A DNA stretch of 64,000 nucleotides from Eledone cirrhosa (lineage: Eukaryota), in contig OZ024744.1 of NCBI GenBank assembly GCA_964016885.1, positions 44,206,001-44,270,000 of the forward strand. Reading direction: 5' to 3'. The notes beneath the pieces are model-generated. The model did no database searches, had not been told where the DNA came from, and saw only the letters and a list, made by a program, of their open reading frames with translations. A program made the position numbers and the translations under genes. Shown here piece after piece: positions 57,748 to 64,000 of the stretch. Every line of letters starts with the position of its first letter. Position 1 is the stretch's first letter.

Positions 57748-60700
57748 TTCACAACAATTATTCAACCAATTTGCTGTAGACATGGCCCCGAAAATGGAGA
57801 CTGAACGACTGTGCCTCATAAGATTAAACCAGACAAAACTACGCTGCGACGATTACATTCACCTACGTGATGGAATGAACAATAATGAAAACACAGATAA
57901 CATTGGAAAAGTTTGCATTTTACCTTCAACCTTCGAAGGAAGTCCCCGTTGTGTGCATTCAAGAACCCAGGACGTGATGACCTATGTGCGCGAGTACGGC
58001 AACCCAGACCTATTTATTACTTTTACATGCAATCCTTCGTGGCAAGAAATTGCCCATGAACTCCTTCCAGGCAACATCCCAGCGGTCGCCATGACCTCTC
58101 ATCCAGAGTCTTCGAGCTAAAAGTATACAAATTAATGGACCTTATCACAAAGGGCCAGGTATTTGGCCGTGTGCAATGTTACATGTACACAATTGAATGG
58201 GAGAAGCGGGGACTCCCCCTTGCTCACATTCTTATTTGGTTGTCGACAAAAATCAGAGCAGACGACATCGACAAGATTATATCCGCAGACCTCCTAAACC
58301 CGCAAACTGACAAAACCCTATTTGACAGGGTTACGGCGCACATGGTTCACGGTCCTTGTGGACGTGTCTTCAAATCTAACTCCCCGTGTTTGAACAACGG
58401 TATTTGCTCCAAAAAATACCCAAAAGCCTTCCTTCGCGAAACTCAAACTGCTGATGACGGATACCCATCATACAGACGAAGGAGCCCTGAGGACGGAGGA
58501 TTAACAGCACTGGTTGGAAAACATGAAATTGATAACCGATGGATTGTACAGTACTGCCCATTACTACTCAAGGCGTTCAACTCCCATATAAATGTTGCAT
58601 GGTGCAACTCTATTAAATCAATCAAATATGTCTGCAAGTATATAAATAAGGGCCCGGATTCCGCCATGTTCGGGCTTAAAGAAGAAAACAAACGGGATGA
58701 AGTTGCACAGTACCAATCAACACGATATATAAGTACCAGCGAGGCCTTTTGGCAAATTTACCGTTTCTCAATGCGCAGAAGATACCCTGCCGTCCAACAC
58801 CTTGCTGTGCATCTGGAAAACGGCCAAAGAGTGTACTATACAAAACAAACAGCTTTTCTGAGGGCTCTGCAACCAAGGAACACAACTCTTCCTGCATTCT
58901 TTCAACTATGTCAAGGGGACGCATTCGCTCGCACTTTGCTATATCCCCAAGTCCCCTCTTTCTACAAATGGGAAAATATTCATGGAAGCCAAGAATCAAA
59001 GGTGAAAGCGTTGATGGTCATCCAGATTTTAACTTTGACAGCTGCCTGGCGCGAGTTTACACAGTGCCCCCCCCCCCCCCATCAACCAAGAATGTTACTA
59101 CCTGCGTATGCTTCTCCATGACGTAAGAGGACCAACCAGTTTTCAACACCTAAGAACTGTTGATGGCCAAATTTGCGACGACACGTACAGAGAGGCCTAC
59201 CTTAGGCGTGGACTACTGGAAGATGGTGCTCAGTGGGATGCCTCTTTGGCAGAAGCAGTTGTTTCATAAATGCCATACAGCCTTAGGAAGCTTTTTGCTG
59301 TCTTACTGTACATTTGTGAATTGCCCGATCCTTCCTTCTTGTGGCTCAAGTACAGAGATGGCCTCTATGAGGACTTCAGACATCAAGCACAATTACAACT
59401 TCCTGGCATGGAAGTAGGCTTCACAGATGAAATCTACAACAAAGTACTTATTGAAATTGAAAATATGATAGCTGCAATGGGTGGGAATGCACTGCAGACA
59501 TATAGCCTGCCCCAAACCAACAGAACAGGCTCCGACGTCATTTTCGCAGAAATACTTCGGGAACTATCCTACGACACTGACAGATTGGCTACATATGTCA
59601 CTGAGCATGAACCAATGCTGCTGCAGGAAGAGGAACGAGCATATAACACTATTGCTGACTGTGTCCACCATCGTACGGGAGGAATCTTTTTCTTGGACGC
59701 CCCTGGAGGCACAGGGAAGACTTTTGTCATACGGTTTCTCCTTGCCAAGGTTCGACAACACAGACACATAGCACTTGCTGTTGCGTCTTCCGGTATTGCA
59801 GCAAGCTTGCTTCCTGGGAGCAGGACAGCACACTCAGCCTTCAAGCTCCCCTCAATATGACAGCAAATGACACACCCTGCTGTAATATTACCAAAGGATC
59901 AGAAAAGGCAGAACTGCTTAAAAGGTGTGAACTTATAGTTTGGGACGAATGTACCATGGCTCATAAACGAGCTTTGGAGGCAGTGGACCGGACTTTAAGA
60001 GACATAAGAGACTCCCAGGATCCCATGGGAGGCGTGACTGTCCTTTTATCCGGAGATTTTAGACAAACACTCCCTGTTATTCCCAAGGGAACTATGGCTG
60101 ATGCTATTCGAGCATGCTTAAAGTCATCTATGATTTGGCGTTATGTCACAACATTAACGCTCTCTACGAACATGAGAGCTCGGATGCTTGGTGACCAAGT
60201 GTCATCAGATTTTGCTACCAACCTATTGACACTTGAGAACGGTCTGCACTTTAGTCGACAGTGCTAACGACTTGACAGGTGCAGTGTTCCCTGAGTTGAG
60301 CACTAACTACCAAAATCCAAACTGGCTGTGCGAAAGGGCAATACTGGCTCCGAAAAATGAGACTGTCGACAACATCAACGGACAACTGCTTAAGTCTCTT
60401 CCTACAGCTTCGTGTACATACAAGTCCATCGATACAGTCACAGACCCCATTAACTACCCAATTGAGTTTCTTAACTCATTGAACCCCTCTGGGTTGCCAT
60501 CTCATCGATTGGAACTTAAGCAAGGATGCCCAATTATGCTTTTGAGGAATCTACACCCACCAAAACTCTGCAACGGCACCCGCCTTACAGTAAATAAACT
60601 AACGCAAAACTTGATCGAGGCGACGATTCTCTCGGGGTATGGAAAGGGGGAAAATGTTTTTATCTCAAGGATTCCCCTTTGTCTGTCAACATCAGAGATC

Positions 60701-60927
60701 CTCTTTTCATTTAGGAGGCTCCAGTTTCCAGTTCGTTTTAGTTTCGCAATGACGATAAATAAGTCTCAGGGGCAAACATTGTCCGTCGCGGGAATAAACC
60801 TAGAAGAGCCATGCTTTTCGCACGGTCAGCTATACGTTGGATGTTCCAGAGTGGAAAGCAAAAGAACCTTTATGCATTTGCTCCAAACGGTAAAACCACA
60901 AACATTATGTACCAAGAAGTTCTGTAA
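57748..60927 (+). pseudogene. Helitron Rep-PIF1 helicase, N-terminally deleted and frameshifted
   Basis: PDLFITFTCNP; EWEKRGLPLAHIL (HUH decayed); KYVCKYINKG; DAPGGTGKT; WDECTM; GDFRQ; TINKSQGQT; HGQLYV; ends NIMYQEVL*. Confidence 0.93.
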
Positions 60928-61089
60928 TCAACACTGCGACACAAACTGTCTTTTAACAATCAAATACCTCGCTGCTTTCAATAATTACCAAATTGTAGAC
61001 ATACTGCCTTTTTGAAATTCATAACACCATACTTTTCGACTGTAAACGTTGTGACCACTTTTAGCTGCACGGTATTGAAATGCACGTTC

Positions 61090-61569
61090 CCCTCTGGTTG
61101 CTTGAGCCAGTTTTCCATAGATTCGCCAGCGCGTGCAGCAGACGTTGATTCACATATCTTTGTTGCCGCAGTTGACGCCGTGTTTCAGTTGATACAGCTC
61201 AAACAGCAGACGTTGACTCACAGTTCTTCGCTGCCGCAGTTGACGCTGTGTTTCGGTTGATGCAGCTCGAGCTGCGGAAGTTGCCTCAGCATTTCTATGC
61301 CACCGTAATGAATGCTGTGGTTCGTTCTCTGCATCTCCTGCAATAGACGTTGCCTCAATATTTGCTTTCTGTCGCAGTGAGGGTTGAGAATCGTTTTCTG
61401 CACCTCAAGCAGCAGCAGTTCCCTCAGCATTTATTTGTTGTCGCATCGAACGTTGTGTTTCGTTTTCTGCATCTCGTGCAATAGAAGTTGCTTCAGCATT
61501 TTTCTTTTGGTGTAATAATCGCTATTCGTTATTCTCTGTTACTTTTGCAATCGAGGTTGGTGCAGAATT
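61090..61569 (-). pseudogene. About seven 69-bp/23-aa STPR-like repeats (Helitron N-terminal type), antisense
   Basis: NAEATSIARDAENETQRSMRQQI / NAEGTAAA*GAENDSQPSLRQKA / NIEATSIAGDAENEPQHSLRWHR / NAEATSAARAASTETQRQLRQRR. Confidence 0.7.
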
Positions 61570-61870
61570 TGTGTTGAGGAATTTTGAGCGTTCTTAATGT
61601 TTGGTCTATGTCACTGCAATCAGTCTAAGGAAAGCAACGTCAGTTTCTATTGGCTGCCACAACTATACAGAATGGTAAACATTTCAAACTACATAAATCA
61701 TTAGAATACCTACATATACGCAATGCATAACGAAAAATTTACATGTTTCTACTGTAGCAAACGTATGGCACCCCCCTCATTTGTACCTTTCACTCAAAGT
61801 CGTTATACATTATCTCCGTCATCCCGCAACGACTTCAGTCCCTGAATTGCCAAACATCCCACATTATTGT

Positions 61871-62055
61871 CAGTGAATTGGCAGTATCGGTAGAGGGTCG
61901 GACATGCTTTCCAGCGTAGTTACGTCGCCTTACGATCTGAGTTCAAATCCTGCCGAGGTTAACTTTGCCTTTCATCCTTACGGGGTCGATAAAATAAAGT
62001 ACCAGTAACGTACTGGGTAATTGCTGGCCTTGTGCCAAATGTAGAAACAATTATT
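61871..62055 (+). mobile_element. tRNA-derived SINE nested in the Helitron
   Basis: A-box-like tggcagtatcgg, B-box-like gagttcaaatcc, central gcctttcatcc..ggggtcgataaaataaagtaccag; multiple copies in the window. Confidence 0.8.
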
Positions 62056-62929
62056 GTCATAAATTCCATGTGACTCACTTTTGGGCTGCTGACTTCCTTG
62101 TGGCATAGTTCGCGTTTGGAGCTTCACCGTGTCAACGTCACACTTTTACACTCATTTACCTTTCATATGCCATAACATTTTACCGTTTTTACATCGAACA
62201 ACACATACTTCTTATGGTTAAAAATAAATGTTTTTGGGGGTTCGTGCTGCGTTGATTTCTCTTTAAAAAAAATATTTACTAATGGTAGACTTACAACCGG
62301 GCAACGCCGGATATGGCTGCTAGTACTATAATAAACTACACCACCCAACAGTTTAACGAGCATAAAGGTAGTCGATTGTTATTTAGTGTTTACATTATTT
62401 GGTCATAAATTTAGGAATAAAGTAATTAAATGAAACATGCTGAAATATCTCACACGAGTGTCTATAATTGTCTAATCTTTATTGCTATGAATGCGTGTTA
62501 CAACTTGGAAATAAGGCATACCTTTTGAAATAATATATGTATAATTGGTATCATTAGTTGTCGTATGTGCCAAAAGTAGAAACAATTATTAGTTGTAGAA
62601 TTGGCAACGAGGTGAGAGAATAAGTTAGTCTCCATATGGTGTTATTGGTTTTCTGTTCCGAAGTTGAAGTCGCCTGAGAGTTGCTTTTAATATGTTCACT
62701 CCACATGGTGTGGTAAAAATGAAAAGTGGGAGAAGGCAAAATTACATCTTAACTCCTGGACGACTAGCTTTGTAAGAGAGCGGGTACTTTCAGTTTCTCA
62801 ATTTATAGTCTTCATGGGACGTAACTCTCATTAACTCTCCTTCTCGCCCCAAGGGGTCAATACAATACCTTCTCCCAGACGATAGGCCAACAACCCGAGG
62901 GTAATTGGAGCGAACCCGCAAGAATGGGA

Positions 62930-64000
62930 TCAAGGCAAAGGTATGAAAAAGGTATATGCATATACAATACACAAAAAAGACACTCTATAGTTAAAGAAGA
63001 CTTTCAACTGTTTAGGAACAAGATAAAGAAAAGCATGTAATACACAATACAAAAAAGGCTCCATAGTGGCCAGTTCAGATGTTTGACAAAGTATTTTGGG
63101 CCAGTGGACTCTTCGACCAGAACGGGTCGTGGTCTTGTATGTAGGTGAAGGTGGGACAGAAGGAGCAGGTGTATGTACAATAGAGAAAGATGGGAGTATT
63201 AGTGGCTCAGGTGTATGAGCGTCTGTGAATGCCCTTTTCAGTCTGTCAACCCAAATTGTCTCTCTGGATCCCTTAATTCCTACAGTAAAATGTTTGTCAG
63301 CACGTGCTAACACATGGTAGGGTCCAGAGCACGGTTGTGTGAGAGGTGGTCTAACAGCGTCGTCTCTGACAAAGACATGTGTCCACGAGGCAATATCCCT
63401 CGGGACTGCAATTTTAATAGTTTGTTTCCTGGTATCCATAGGCGGTAAGTCCTGAAAATATGAGCGCAAACGAGATACGTAGGAAAGGGGATCTTGATTA
63501 GCAAGATCAACAGAGGCAAGCATTTGCCCAGGCAACGCTAGAGGGGCACCATACAATAATTCAGCCGGGGAGAACCCAAGGTCCTCCTTTATTGAAGACC
63601 GAATTCCTAACAACACAATAGGAAGGTACTCGCTCCAACGTAGAGAGTCTGGATAGGCACGAAGAACGGCCTTTAATTGGCGGTTAAAACGCTCCACCAT
63701 TCCGTTTGAAGCAGGATAAGATGTAGTCCGAATGCGTTGAGTGCCAATAATTTTTGTTAACTCCGAGAAAAGATGTAATTCGAATTGCCTACCACGGTCT
63801 GTAGTAATTTTGGTTGGCACGCCATAGCGGGCAATCCACGTGTGGGCACGCGCTATTGTCTCGGCGGTAATGTCCTTTAAGGAGATGGCTTCAGGCCATC
63901 GCGAAAAACGATCAATGCAGGTCAAAAGGTAAGAATATCCACTACTGGCCAAGGTCCAACGATATCGATATGGATGTGTCGAAAACGAGCATCCGGAGTA
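62930..64000 (-). mobile_element. Second Gypsy (CsRn1-like) element, integrase 3' part, runs off the window
   Basis: [40 protein letters not shown]; homologous to but clearly diverged from 37800-38730. Confidence 0.9.

Larger units (their letters stand above)
57253..62323 (+). mobile_element. Helitron with both termini, internally rearranged
   Basis: A|TC 5' end at 57253; 3' hairpin CCGG gcaacg CCGG at 62297-62310 then CTAG|T at 62320-62324; no TSD; rejoined flanks restore the satellite phrase ccacacca-tactata. Confidence 0.9.

Overview
Eukaryotic, repeat-dense, AT-rich genomic DNA. The mix of RTE/CR1/Penelope/SINE families and extreme (TA)n/(CA)n density suggests an octopus/coleoid cephalopod (inference). 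Most of the window is decayed transposable elements: a near full-length CR1-group LINE, several RTE LINEs (one family with a PHD finger inside the RT, one with three C-terminal C2H2 fingers), Penelope-like fragments (several Naiad-type) carrying hammerhead ribozymes, a complete CsRn1-type Gypsy LTR element with TSD and tRNA-Trp PBS, a rearranged Helitron with both termini, and an 8.4-kb G-poor satellite. The main non-TE signal is invisible in the ORF track: the apparent 3' end of a + strand host gene built from tandemly duplicated 45-nt phase-1 micro-exons (about 1.3, 7.8, 15.7 and 27.1 kb, with a fifth just upstream of the window). They encode SP-rich basic 15-aa repeats and are followed by a terminal exon with stop codon and AATAAA at 28.3-28.5 kb. 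All coordinates, alignments and folds were read by eye.
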